64,000 bases of DNA from Myxococcota bacterium. GTDB taxonomy: Bacteria; Myxococcota_A; Polyangia; Nannocystales; Nannocystaceae. The notes under the pieces were generated by a model. It was not told the origin of the DNA, ran no database searches, and was given only the letters and a program-made list of their open reading frames with translations. The translations under genes were made by a program, and so were the position numbers. This document shows positions 22,268-32,000 of the stretch, piece by piece (within the stretch, counting starts at the first letter, position 1; every line of letters begins with the position of its first letter). The stretch lies in the NCBI GenBank assembly GCA_039028615.1, contig JBCCHT010000053.1:1-64000 (forward strand), written 5' to 3'.

Positions 22268-23326
22268 GTGCCGCTTCCCCTCGAGCACCACGTTCCGCTG
22301 GCCCCACGCACGACCCTCGAACTGGGGGGTGCTGCAAAGCACCTGATCGACGTGAGCAACGAACATACGTTGATCGACGCGCTACGCTGGGCTGAAGGCG
22401 AAAATTCGCCGGTTCTCGTGCTCGCTGGGGGTTCCAATTTGGTAATCGGAGACGAGGGTTGGGACGGCGTAGTGCTACAGATCTCGATGCGCGGGATCGA
22501 GCACGAGTGTACGGGAGACCGGGTCCGCGTTCGTGTGGCCGCGGGCGAGCCATGGGACGAACTCGTGGCGCATACCGTGGCGCAGGGCTGGGCGGGTCTC
22601 GAGTGTCTATCGGGCATTCCGGGTTCCGCCGGGGCCACTCCGATCCAAAACGTCGGCGCCTACGGCCAGGAGGTCGCCGACGTCATCACCGCCGTACACC
22701 TGTGGGATCGGCGTTCGGAACAACGTCGCGTCGTTTCGAAAGACGCCTGCGGTTTCGGCTATCGCGACAGTATCTTCAAGCGCGAACCCGACTCGGTCGT
22801 CGTATTGGCCATCGAGCTGGAGTTGCACATCGGCGGAGAGCCGACACTTCGCTACGGCGAACTCTCCCGATCATTCGAAGGTCGCAACAGTCCAACAATT
22901 GCACGAGTGCGTGATCGAGTCCTCGAGCTACGACGTGGCAAGTCGATGGTGATCGATCCCGACGATCCCAACCGACGGAGTGCCGGCTCATTCTTCACCA
23001 ACCCGATCGTCACGCGCGACGTCGCCGAGCACGTGGTCGCGCAGGCGCGTCGCCACGGCGTAGAGCGAGACGTGCCCCAGTACCCGGTGGACGACCAGCA
23101 CGTGAAGATCCCCGCCGCCTGGCTCATCGAGGCCTCCGGCTCGCGCAAGGGCGAACGTCATGGTGCCGTGGGTCTGTCCACGCGCCACGCCTTGGCCATC
23201 GTGCATCACGGAGGTGGCAAGACTTCGCAGCTCGTCGAGTTTGCCCGGGTGCTCGCCGATCGAGTGCAGCAACGATTCGGCGTACAGTTGCGACCCGAGC
23301 CCGTCTTTGCCGGAGTGCGTTGGTAG
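22268..23326 (+). CDS. murB: UDP-N-acetylenolpyruvoylglucosamine reductase
   Basis: GGSNLV, GLECLSGIPGSAGATPIQNVGAYG, FGYRDSIFK, SAGSFFTNP, HALAIV, LRPEP. Confidence 0.97.
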   Translation: MPLPLEHHVPLAPRTTLELGGAAKHLIDVSNEHTLIDALRWAEGENSPVLVLAGGSNLVIGDEGWDGVVLQISMRGIEHECTGDRVRVRVAAGEPWDELVAHTVAQGWAGLECLSGIPGSAGATPIQNVGAYGQEVADVITAVHLWDRRSEQRRVVSKDACGFGYRDSIFKREPDSVVVLAIELELHIGGEPTLRYGELSRSFEGRNSPTIARVRDRVLELRRGKSMVIDPDDPNRRSAGSFFTNPIVTRDVAEHVVAQARRHGVERDVPQYPVDDQHVKIPAAWLIEASGSRKGERHGAVGLSTRHALAIVHHGGGKTSQLVEFARVLADRVQQRFGVQLRPEPVFAGVRW

Positions 23327-24030
23327 GAACCTCGCGTGACACCGCGGCCCGTGATTCCACGGAGGCCGACGAGCAAAGCAACCGACCGCGCTCGAACGCT
23401 CCCCCAAGCTCCAAGGCCGGTTCTGTCACACGCCTGTAACGTAAACGACCGGGGCGAACGGTTCCGATCCCTCGACCCACGACCGCCGCCGTCGACGGCC
23501 GAGGCACGTCCCCTCAGGAGCGCCTGCACGTCGCTCTCAGCGGCTTCCAGACTCCGCCGAGTATCGCCGCCCCCGGAACACGACGAACGCCCACAGAGGC
23601 GACGCTCGGCTCTCGTGGAGCTTGGTAGGGTTCTTTCCGATGCGTTGCCGTATGACCGTGTGTGTACATCAACGCGAGCCACCCCCCGACATGAGGTGAA
23701 ATCCGAACTCCATCGTTCACTCCTGCACATTCTGCGAAACACCGCTCGGATCGATGTCGGGTTTGCACGACGACGTTTCGCGATCTTCGAACACCGATCG
23801 TGCCCACTGCATCGCTTTGCTTTTTTTGTAGTGACCACCGCTCACCAAACATTGGACTGCGAACAGGCGCGGCGGCGCTTCACCGCCCCGCGGCTCCAGG
23901 TTTCACTACCGCGACGTGAGAGTGCCCCACGGCACAGCGCGCAGGCGAGCGAGGTCATCCGGGGCGCCATTGAAAAGGCCGCACGGCAGGTGGCAGATCG
24001 GACGAGCGGTGGAGTTCATTCGAACTGTGT

Positions 24031-24067
24031 GACTCTCACGAGCACTTCATACGACTTCGTGAGAGTC
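24031..24067. terminator. Hairpin downstream of the amidohydrolase gene (putative terminator)
   Basis: 11-bp arms GACTCTCACGA / TCGTGAGAGTC with a 15-nt loop. No clear U-tract. Confidence 0.45.
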
Positions 24068-24089
24068 CGATGATGTTGCCTTCTCGTCA

Positions 24090-25472
24090 TCACTTCTGCG
24101 TTCGATGAATCACCCCACCCTTGATCACCATCATCGGCTGCTCGAGCACCGTGATGTCCGCCAGCGGATCGCCCCCGACCACGACCAAGTCGGCCAACTT
24201 GCCGACTTCGATCGTCCCCACATTGTCCACGCCGAGCAGCTCGGCGGCTCTGGAGGTGCCCGCCACGATGGCGTCCATCTCGGTCATGCCCAGCTCGACC
24301 ATGGTGGTGAACTCTTTGCCGTTTTCGCCGTGGGGGAAGACGCCGGCGTCGCTGCCCAGGGCGATCTTGACGCCGCCGTCGTAGGCGAGGCGGAAGCTCT
24401 TGCGCATCTGGGGGGCAATTTCTCGGGCTTTGGCGGCGGACTCGTCGGAGAGGACCCCCGCGTCGGCCTGGGATTCGACGGCCTTGCCGACGTAGACGGT
24501 GGGGACGAGGAAGGTGCCGCGCTGCTTCATCATGGAGACGGTGGCGCGATCGAGGACACTACCGTGTTCGATGCTGTGCACGCCCGCAACGACGGCTTCG
24601 CGAATGCCCTGGTTGCCGTGGGCATGGGCGGCGACCTTGCGCTCGGCTCGGTTGGCCGCTTCGACGGCGGCGGCGAGCTCTTCGGGATCGAGCTGGGGCG
24701 CCCCCACGGCGTCGCCTTGGGACAACACGCCGCCGGTCGCACAGACCTTGATGACGTCGGCACCGTGCTTGATCTGATAGCGCACGGCCTTGCGGACCTC
24801 CTCGGGGCCATCGGTGACGCCGTGGCGATAGTCCTGCTCGTGCGGCAAGACGTCGGGACGCAGGGCGTTGGTGCCGTCGCAGTGCCCCCCCGTGATGCCG
24901 ATCGCGTGGTTGGCGACGAGCATGCGCGGACCAGGGACGAGACCGTCGGTGATCGCGTCGCGCAGGGCTCGATCGGCAAACGAACCACCGACGTTGCGTA
25001 CGGTGGTGAACCCTGCCCGTAGCGTGGCCTTGGCGTTGCGGGCCCCCTCGAGGGCGTGATCGGCCAGGTTGTCGCGCATGTCGTTGAGCACGCCCTGCGC
25101 GTGACCCCCCGAGGGCGAGTAGGTCAGGTGCACATGGGCATCGATGAAGCCGGGCAGCACGGTGCGCCCTTCGAGCTCGACGACCTGCGCTCCCGCGGGA
25201 GCCATGAGGCCCTCGCCGACCTCGGTGATGACGCCTTCGCTGACGAGGATGTCGATGCCCTCGCGCGCGCCAGAGCCGGTACCGTCGATCAACCGGGCGT
25301 CGTGGAACAGCACGACCTTCGACCGCTCGGGCTCGGGCGTGGGGGCGGCCTCGGTGCCGACCTCGAGGCTCGTCGTGGCCATGGCGGCCACCTGGGTGGG
25401 CGCGAGGCTGGCCGCGCCCGGGGTGGAGGCACAGCCGACGAGCAGGACGAGACTCAGCCAAGAGGTCCGCAT
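24090..25472 (-). CDS. Metal-dependent amidohydrolase (Xaa-Pro dipeptidase-like), lipoprotein
   Basis: LPGFIDAHVH, GFTTVRNVG, IKVCATGG, AAHAHG, SIEHG, ALGSDAG; lipobox LVGC. Confidence 0.92.
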   Translation of the reverse strand: MRTSWLSLVLLVGCASTPGAASLAPTQVAAMATTSLEVGTEAAPTPEPERSKVVLFHDARLIDGTGSGAREGIDILVSEGVITEVGEGLMAPAGAQVVELEGRTVLPGFIDAHVHLTYSPSGGHAQGVLNDMRDNLADHALEGARNAKATLRAGFTTVRNVGGSFADRALRDAITDGLVPGPRMLVANHAIGITGGHCDGTNALRPDVLPHEQDYRHGVTDGPEEVRKAVRYQIKHGADVIKVCATGGVLSQGDAVGAPQLDPEELAAAVEAANRAERKVAAHAHGNQGIREAVVAGVHSIEHGSVLDRATVSMMKQRGTFLVPTVYVGKAVESQADAGVLSDESAAKAREIAPQMRKSFRLAYDGGVKIALGSDAGVFPHGENGKEFTTMVELGMTEMDAIVAGTSRAAELLGVDNVGTIEVGKLADLVVVGGDPLADITVLEQPMMVIKGGVIHRTQK

Positions 25473-25512
25473 GCGCGAACCCTAACGTGTGGCCCAAGCG
25501 GCGTCGATTCGA

Positions 25513-26571
25513 CTACTCGCCGCCGGCTTCGGCGGCGCCTGCCTCAGCACCCGGGGTCGGGCAGGTGCAGCCCCAGCTCTCGGGCATCTGTACGCAGATC
25601 GTCTCGGCGATGATCTGGTGGCCATCCGCGTTGGGATGGATGTGATCGAAGCTCCGCAGCTCCTTTCGCAGGTACCACTGCGGGATCTGGGAGGCCTGAA
25701 GCGCATCGGCCTCGAGCTTGGTCTGACGCTGGAGCTCGTCGAGGTCTTTGTGGGCCTTGTTCCAGCCCTTGCTGCCCTCGAGCAGGGTTCGCATGGCGTC
25801 GATGTCTCGGGGCTCGGCGTCGCGATCACGCAGCCGCGAGTCGTACAAGTCGATGGCGATGTCGGGGATCTCGGTGGGATCCCACGGCGCGTCGGCCCCC
25901 ACGCGGCGCTTCTCGGCGAAGTTGCCCAGCGCCTCGGCGGGCGTCAGCCGGCCCATCACGAAGTCGACGGAGTTGAGGGTGTTGCGTCGCGAGGTCAGCC
26001 CGGCGAGGTCTCGCCAGCGCTTGTCGCTCTCGTCGCCCCAGGGCGAGATGGTCAGGCCGATGGCCTTCATGCCCCGACGATGCGCCAGCTCGAACAGCCG
26101 CCGCATGTGGTGGTTGGTGGAGCGCGGGTTGCCCACGCTGTTGAGGCCGCCGCCGAAGATCAGCCAGTACTCCTCGCCCTCGACCCGCCAGCGCAGACGG
26201 TTGTTGCCGAGCACCTGCTGCTCGAAGTGCTTCTTGAGCGCCCAGGCACCCAGGCCCGTCTGCGAGATGTTCTTGACCTCGATGTTCGAGCACATGCCCT
26301 GCAGCTGCTGGGCATAGGGACGACGCTTGAAGGCGCCGATCGAGCCCGCGAGCACCACCACCTTGACCGGCTTGTCTTCCTTGCGCCAACGCCAGGTGGG
26401 GGGCGCAGGCTCCTCGGCGCCCTCGGCCGGCTGCATCGATGCCGTCGACCGGTCGACCTCGGTGGTGGCGGCCTCGGCCTCGGTCTCGGCGCGGTCGACC
26501 ACGCCCTCGGCGGGGCGGGGGCTCAAGCCGAGCAGGGCGAGGGCGGCGGTGAGGGCGAGGCGGCGAAGCAT
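25513..26571 (-). CDS. Secreted SGNH/GDSL-like hydrolase
   Basis: Signal peptide; LAGSIG (block I), GGLNS (block III), FDHIHPNADGH (DxxH). Confidence 0.7.
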   Translation of the reverse strand: MLRRLALTAALALLGLSPRPAEGVVDRAETEAEAATTEVDRSTASMQPAEGAEEPAPPTWRWRKEDKPVKVVVLAGSIGAFKRRPYAQQLQGMCSNIEVKNISQTGLGAWALKKHFEQQVLGNNRLRWRVEGEEYWLIFGGGLNSVGNPRSTNHHMRRLFELAHRRGMKAIGLTISPWGDESDKRWRDLAGLTSRRNTLNSVDFVMGRLTPAEALGNFAEKRRVGADAPWDPTEIPDIAIDLYDSRLRDRDAEPRDIDAMRTLLEGSKGWNKAHKDLDELQRQTKLEADALQASQIPQWYLRKELRSFDHIHPNADGHQIIAETICVQMPESWGCTCPTPGAEAGAAEAGGE

Positions 26572-26608
26572 CGGCGCTTTGACCGAACAGCGGCGGGTTG
26601 TATTCGCC

Positions 26609-28297
26609 TCAGGGCGCAACGGTGAAATCATGGCGGGCGAGCTCCACGTCGTCGGAGGAGAGAATACGGACGGTCCAGTCGCCGATGTACTCTTCGCGCA
26701 GCTTCAGGTGGCCGCGCGTGCGGTAGGCGTGCTTGGGCTGGACCACGATCTTGCTGCGGCGGGTCGAGCCCCCGTGCTTTTGCCACAGCAGCTGTAGTTC
26801 CTCTTTATTGCGCTGGTGCACCACGCGCACGCAGACGCTGGCCGTCTCGCGACGACTGACGGAAAACCCGTCTGCGCGGCCTTTGCAGGTGCCTCCGACC
26901 ACTTGGGAGCCCATGGCGATATTGTCGATGTGGATGCCCTTGGCGCCAACACCGCCCACGGGAGGACGGTCGGAGGGGCTCACGGGCAGGCGCATGAAGG
27001 CGGCGGCCGCCTCGGGGCTCGTGCCGGGCGGGGCTACGCGGGGCTGATCGCCCAGCGGCGGGCGGGGTTCGGATCCGCCCGTGGAGGTGCCCGACTCGGG
27101 GGGCTCGCCCGCGGTCGAGCCGTCGCCGGCTGGCGTGGGCTCGGTGGGTTCGGGCTGCACCTCGGCGGGCTTCGGATCGACCGGTCGCGGATCGGCGGGG
27201 CGGTCGACGTCCGCGGAGGCGGTCTTGGTCGGGGGCGGGGTCGGCGTTTTGGCGCCGTCGTCTCCGCCCATCGAAAAGGCGATCACCGCACCGACGGCCA
27301 GGATGCCCATGCCGATCCATCCCCACGGCGGGCCGCCCGAGTTGGCGGCGGCCGGCGGCTCGACGGAAGTCTCGACCGGTCGTGAGGCGCGGGGAGGCTC
27401 GTCGTCCTCCTTCTCGACCGCGCTCTCGTTGCTCGAGACCACGCGGAGGGCGGGGCGACTGCTCCGCTTCGACTCGGTGGAGGTGGTCTCGCTCGATTCG
27501 GCCTCGCTGTCGGTGGAGTCTTGGTCGGCGTCGCTCTTCGAGGACTCGTCCGAGGTCGTGTCTGCGTTCGACTCGCTGCCCTCGGGCTTCGCGTCGGGCT
27601 TCGCCGACTCGTCTGCCTTCGACTCGCTGTCCTCGGACTTGTCGTCGTCCTTCGCTTCAGCCGCTTCGGCTTCGCTGCCCTCGGGTTTCGCGTCGCCCTT
27701 CGCGGACTCGTCTGCCTTCGACTCGCTGTCCTCGGACTCCGCCTCGCCCTTCTCTTTGGCTTCGCGTTCCTCGGACTTGTCGTCGTCCTTCGCTTCAGCC
27801 GCTTCAGCTTCGCTGTCCTCGGACTCCGCGTCGCTCTCGTCTTTGGCTTCGCTGTCCTTGGACTCCGCGTCGGACTTCGCTTCGACCTCGCTGTCTTCGG
27901 GCTCCGCGTCGTCCTTCGCTTCGTCGGACTCGCCGCCGCTCGCCTTGGGGTCGGCGTCCGCGTCGCCTTCGCTCGACGCGTCGTCCTTCTTCTTCGGCGC
28001 ACCGAACTTCGGCGGGTCGAACACGCCCTTGGCTGCGGCCTTGCTCGCCGACCCCTTCTTACTCAGCGCAGGAGGAGCGCCGAACATCAGGCGATCCATC
28101 TCGCGCTCGGGGTCGGCGACCCGGTCTTTGCCCACGACGGTATGCCCGCTCGAGTGGGAGTGGTCCTCGGATGCCGAAGAGTCGCTGCTCTCGGCCGTAT
28201 CGGCGCCGTCGAGGAGCTCGTCCCAGGCCGTGTCGACCCGGGCTCGCTCGTCTTCGGGGGTCCGAGCGTCGTCGGACTTGCCCGTCATGGCGGCCAT
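26609..28297 (-). CDS. Membrane-anchored protein: acidic repeat-rich N-terminus, TM helix, Pro-rich linker, C-terminal DUF2914-like Ig domain
   Basis: Repeated EDSE..EAEAAEAKDDDKS units; WGWIGMGILAVGAV TM; C-terminal YRTRG..GDWTVRIL..F.V. Confidence 0.75.
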   Translation of the reverse strand: MAAMTGKSDDARTPEDERARVDTAWDELLDGADTAESSDSSASEDHSHSSGHTVVGKDRVADPEREMDRLMFGAPPALSKKGSASKAAAKGVFDPPKFGAPKKKDDASSEGDADADPKASGGESDEAKDDAEPEDSEVEAKSDAESKDSEAKDESDAESEDSEAEAAEAKDDDKSEEREAKEKGEAESEDSESKADESAKGDAKPEGSEAEAAEAKDDDKSEDSESKADESAKPDAKPEGSESNADTTSDESSKSDADQDSTDSEAESSETTSTESKRSSRPALRVVSSNESAVEKEDDEPPRASRPVETSVEPPAAANSGGPPWGWIGMGILAVGAVIAFSMGGDDGAKTPTPPPTKTASADVDRPADPRPVDPKPAEVQPEPTEPTPAGDGSTAGEPPESGTSTGGSEPRPPLGDQPRVAPPGTSPEAAAAFMRLPVSPSDRPPVGGVGAKGIHIDNIAMGSQVVGGTCKGRADGFSVSRRETASVCVRVVHQRNKEELQLLWQKHGGSTRRSKIVVQPKHAYRTRGHLKLREEYIGDWTVRILSSDDVELARHDFTVAP

Positions 28298-28380
28298 CGT
28301 GCCAGATCACCGGGCGCGGGAAAACGTCGAGAACCGAGCGCGCTTGCCGTTGGCCACGTCTGTAGTCTAAGTCTAGGGCG

Positions 28381-29145
28381 ATGCAGGACAATTCCTGGCA
28401 AAGCGCGGCGTGGGCCCTGGGCTTCGGTCTTCTGACGATTTCAGCCGGTTGCGACCCCAACCTGGCGCCAGAGATCCCGGATACCAAGCCGGTTCCGCGG
28501 GTGTCTCAGCCAGTCCCCATCATCGAGGGGGACGCGAGCCGCAACCTGCTGCAAGGCTTCATCGAGCGAGATCCCGACGTCGCGGGTCAGCGCACCGTGC
28601 CGAATCTGGACGGGTCGCCGGGGCAGACCCAAGTTCCCCTGACATGGGCCGAGGAGTCGCTCGGGTGGAAGTTGCCCTTCCAGGCCAAGCGCGTCGTGGC
28701 GGCGCTGATGATCGCCGCGGCCCACGATCGACTCGACAGCCTCGACTTCATCCTCACTCCCGAGGCGCAGTGGGGCTGGCCCGATCCCCGTCGACCCGGG
28801 GCGCGCTCCATCTTCAACGGAGACGACGGCGAGGCGTTCTTCCAGGCCTTCCGCACCGTGGCTCAGCGCCTGCCCGAGAAGACCAAGTGGACGAGCAAGC
28901 CGGTCCCGCCCGGCATCCAGGTGCTGCATCAAACCGGGGCCGAGCCCATGTGGACCTACTACGCCACCGGGCAAGACGGGATCCTCATGCAGCTGGTGCT
29001 GTACCAGGGCAAGGCTCGCATCGCGTACGTCGGCCTCTACGAAGAGCCGCCCGCAGACGGGCCGCCCGAGGTCAACATCGAGACCTACGGGCCCATCCCC
29101 TCGCTGGTGCCGCCCCGTCGTCCGCCGCCCGCCGTCCCCGAGTGA
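28381..29145 (+). CDS. Hypothetical lipoprotein
   Basis: ISAGC lipobox; host-like codon usage. Confidence 0.75.
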   Translation: MQDNSWQSAAWALGFGLLTISAGCDPNLAPEIPDTKPVPRVSQPVPIIEGDASRNLLQGFIERDPDVAGQRTVPNLDGSPGQTQVPLTWAEESLGWKLPFQAKRVVAALMIAAAHDRLDSLDFILTPEAQWGWPDPRRPGARSIFNGDDGEAFFQAFRTVAQRLPEKTKWTSKPVPPGIQVLHQTGAEPMWTYYATGQDGILMQLVLYQGKARIAYVGLYEEPPADGPPEVNIETYGPIPSLVPPRRPPPAVPE

Positions 29146-29208
29146 GTCGCCCTCGAGAGCCATCCCGCGCCGACGAGCCCTTCGTCCGCGTGGGGTGACC
29201 GGTGCGCG

Positions 29209-30108
29209 CTACTCCGATGCGGACACGGAGTCGGCGATGCGCCCGAGCGCTTCGACCCGGCGGCGATAGGGCGACCAGCGATAGCGGTCGAGGAACGAGC
29301 GCGCGGGCAGCCTGCCCCGTCGCACGCGCTGGTAGTCCCGCTCCTGTCGTGCGAGCTGGGCATCGGCGGCCAAGGTCCGCGCTTCGTCGGCCCCGGGGTG
29401 CTCGGGATGCTGCACGGCAAAAAGCCCCGGAGACCCTCGCCCGCGGGCGACCCAGGCCAAGTGCCAGTCGGCGCGAAAGCGCAGCAGCTGACTGAGATCG
29501 ACGTAGCCCGCCCACGCCTGCTCGCCCAGCTCGATGCGAGCGAAGTCGTGGAGCGAGCCCACTCCCAACGCTCGCAGCGCACGGTCGAGGGTGGCGAAGC
29601 GCAGCTCGAGCTTGCCGTCGAGATCGGTCCGCACGGGGGGCAGGGGAGTGCTGCGCCGACCCTCGTGATCGATGAAGGTCAGCGTCACCTCGCCCTGAAA
29701 GCGCCGCAGCCGACAGCCGGCCTCGTGGGCATCGTTGCGGCGCAGCACGTCGCGCCCGGGGCTTCGCAGGGGCCACTGCCGACAGCGCTTGGCCAGGCCC
29801 AGCACCAACCGTAGGGAGGCCAGGTCGACCTGGCGCCGCTCCACGAAGCCGAACACGTCGCGTCGCCGAACGACGGCCTTGCCCGCCCGCTCGCGATCGT
29901 TCGCACAGGCATCGTCGAGCCGTTGCCCGTCGCGAAGCTCGGCCCGAACCTGGCGATCGCACTCGGCCGACGACCCCGCGCGCAGTTGGTCGATCGCGGC
30001 CGCATCGGCGCCCACCGGCTGCAGCTCGGGCCCGCGGCCACCCGCCTGGGCCGTCGAGCCCGCCAGCGCCACTGTGAGGACCAGCGGCCATGAACGCCTT
30101 CGCAGCAA
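29209..30108 (-). CDS. Hypothetical secreted protein
   Basis: Signal-peptide-like N-terminus; fills the gap between neighbours. TTG start uncertain. Confidence 0.6.
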   Translation of the reverse strand: MLRRRSWPLVLTVALAGSTAQAGGRGPELQPVGADAAAIDQLRAGSSAECDRQVRAELRDGQRLDDACANDRERAGKAVVRRRDVFGFVERRQVDLASLRLVLGLAKRCRQWPLRSPGRDVLRRNDAHEAGCRLRRFQGEVTLTFIDHEGRRSTPLPPVRTDLDGKLELRFATLDRALRALGVGSLHDFARIELGEQAWAGYVDLSQLLRFRADWHLAWVARGRGSPGLFAVQHPEHPGADEARTLAADAQLARQERDYQRVRRGRLPARSFLDRYRWSPYRRRVEALGRIADSVSASE

Positions 30109-30200
30109 CGTCCTCCAAGGCTAGCAGCCTCCGCGACCGCGGCAGTAAATCTCTGATCTCGTTGACGATTGCGAGCCGTTTGGCATCGCCGAGGACTGTT

Positions 30201-30893
30201 TCAGGCCGAAGCGGCCGCGGCGTGGCGCAGGGCGGACTCGGTCTTGCCCCCGACGATGGCGGGCGCCTCGCGGACCAGGGTGTCGTCGGTCAGCGCGTGC
30301 ACCATGAACAGCGCGAAGTCGGTGCGGCGGGTTCGGTTGCTCGCCAAGATCGGGTCGCCCACGTGGCGGCTCCACACGGGCAGGCCCTCGCTGTCGCCTT
30401 CTTCGAGGTCACTGCCCCGCACCACCGTCCAGCGCCGCTCGCTCGCGAAGATCCGGTCGCAGGCCTCCACCTGGTCGTGCAGGTCGACCCAGCGAAACAG
30501 CCGAGCGATGAAGCCACCCACGGTCACCAGGGCCCGCACCTTCAGCGAGTAGACGTCCTGGCCGTCGCGGGTGATGTGCCAGCCGCACGAGAACACCAGG
30601 CGCGCGTGGTCCTCGGCGTGGTCGAGCACGGCCAGGGCGGTCCCCGACGCGTAGTGCTGCATGCCGTAGGGCACGAGCACGGTCAGCACGCCGTCGCAGC
30701 CCGCCACCGCACGGCGGATGACCTCGCGGTCGTCCGTGGCCCCCGGAACGATGGTGATCCGCCCCGCGAAGCGCTCCAGCTTGGCCACGCTGCGTTCGCG
30801 ACAGACCCCTACCACCTCGTAGCCACGGGCCAGCGAGTGCTCGATCATGTATTGCCCGAGCTTGCCCGAGGCGCCAACGATGCAGACCTTCAT
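30201..30893 (-). CDS. NAD(P)H-binding atypical SDR / flavin-reductase-like protein
   Basis: MKVCIVGASGKLG Rossmann motif; WTVVRG; divergent from a LysR gene. Confidence 0.88.
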   Translation of the reverse strand: MKVCIVGASGKLGQYMIEHSLARGYEVVGVCRERSVAKLERFAGRITIVPGATDDREVIRRAVAGCDGVLTVLVPYGMQHYASGTALAVLDHAEDHARLVFSCGWHITRDGQDVYSLKVRALVTVGGFIARLFRWVDLHDQVEACDRIFASERRWTVVRGSDLEEGDSEGLPVWSRHVGDPILASNRTRRTDFALFMVHALTDDTLVREAPAIVGGKTESALRHAAAASA

Positions 30894-30963
30894 GCCCTTG
30901 GTTGTAGAGCCTCAAATTTGAATCGGCCATCGCATGTTTTGCATCTGCGCTATACATATTTGA

Positions 30964-31863
30964 ATGAGGCCATCGCGTGTGACCTTCGACTGGACTCGGG
31001 CCCGGGCGTTCCTCGTGGCGGCCGAGGAGGGCTCGTTTTCCGCGGCGGCGCGGGTGCTGGGCGTCTCTCAGCCCACGCTGGGGCGCCAGGTCGCGTCCCT
31101 CGAAGAAGAGCTGGGCGTGGTGCTGTTCGAACGGATGGGGCAGGGCGTCCAGGTCACGCCGACCGGCATCGAGCTGCTCGAGCAGGTGCGGCAGATGAAC
31201 GACGTCGCCGACCGCATCGGCCTCATTGCGGCCGGGCAGTCTCAGCAGGTCGACGGCACCGTCCGGCTCGCGGCCAGCCCCGCCGTGGCCGCGCACGTGC
31301 TGCCGCCCGTGCTCGAGGCGCTTCGCAAGCAGCATCCCGGCATCGACCTCGAGCTGGTCGTCTCCAACTCCAGCAGCGACCTGCGGCGCCGCGAAGCCGA
31401 CCTCGCGATCCGGCACTACCGGCCGCAGGGTGACGACCTGTTCGCCCGCCTGCTCGAGGCCGAGACCGAGGCGCACCTGTACGCGACCCCGAGCTACCTG
31501 CGGCGCATCGGCAACCCAACGACGCCCGAGGCCCTCGCCGAAGGCGGGCAGATCATCGGCTTCGAAGACATGAGCGGGATGCTCCCGGGGCTGCGCGCGG
31601 CCGGCTATCCCTTCGGCGACGACTGTGCCCCCGTCCGCACCGACGACCACCTCGTGCAGTGGGCCCTGGCCAAGCGCGGCCTGGGTCTGTGCGTGATGAT
31701 GCAGGCGGTCGGCGATGCGGAGCGTCGCGTACGAAGGGCGTTACCCCAGGGCCCCCCGGTGGTGTCGCTGCCCGTGTGGCTGGTCAGCCACCGCGAGCTC
31801 AAGACGAGTCGGCGGATCCGGGTGGTCTTCGATGCGCTCGCGCAGGCACTGAGCGCCGCCTGA
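30964..31863 (+). CDS. LysR-family transcriptional regulator
   Basis: EEGSFSAAARVLGVSQPTLGRQVASLEEELGVVLFER; READLAIR. Confidence 0.96.
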   Translation: MRPSRVTFDWTRARAFLVAAEEGSFSAAARVLGVSQPTLGRQVASLEEELGVVLFERMGQGVQVTPTGIELLEQVRQMNDVADRIGLIAAGQSQQVDGTVRLAASPAVAAHVLPPVLEALRKQHPGIDLELVVSNSSSDLRRREADLAIRHYRPQGDDLFARLLEAETEAHLYATPSYLRRIGNPTTPEALAEGGQIIGFEDMSGMLPGLRAAGYPFGDDCAPVRTDDHLVQWALAKRGLGLCVMMQAVGDAERRVRRALPQGPPVVSLPVWLVSHRELKTSRRIRVVFDALAQALSAA

Positions 31864-32000
31864 CCGCGGGGGCCCTCTGAGCGCCTCCGAACCCCCGTAG
31901 GCCGTCGGCGGTGCGCTCCGATGGAGTGAACGCGGAGTTCCCGCGGGTCCCGACCACACCGCCCTTGACGACCCGGTGACCCCGGGCAAGCCTGCGTCGC

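Noticed and set aside
23620..23650. Minus-strand GCAACGC..AAGAACCCTACC resembling a 16S rRNA motif
   Set aside because: Short imperfect match with no flanking rRNA similarity.
24090..25472. Calling this amidohydrolase hutI because hutF is in the window
   Set aside because: Its motifs (GGHCD, IKVCATGG) and lipoprotein signal fit the prolidase-like subgroup, and it is not linked to hutF.
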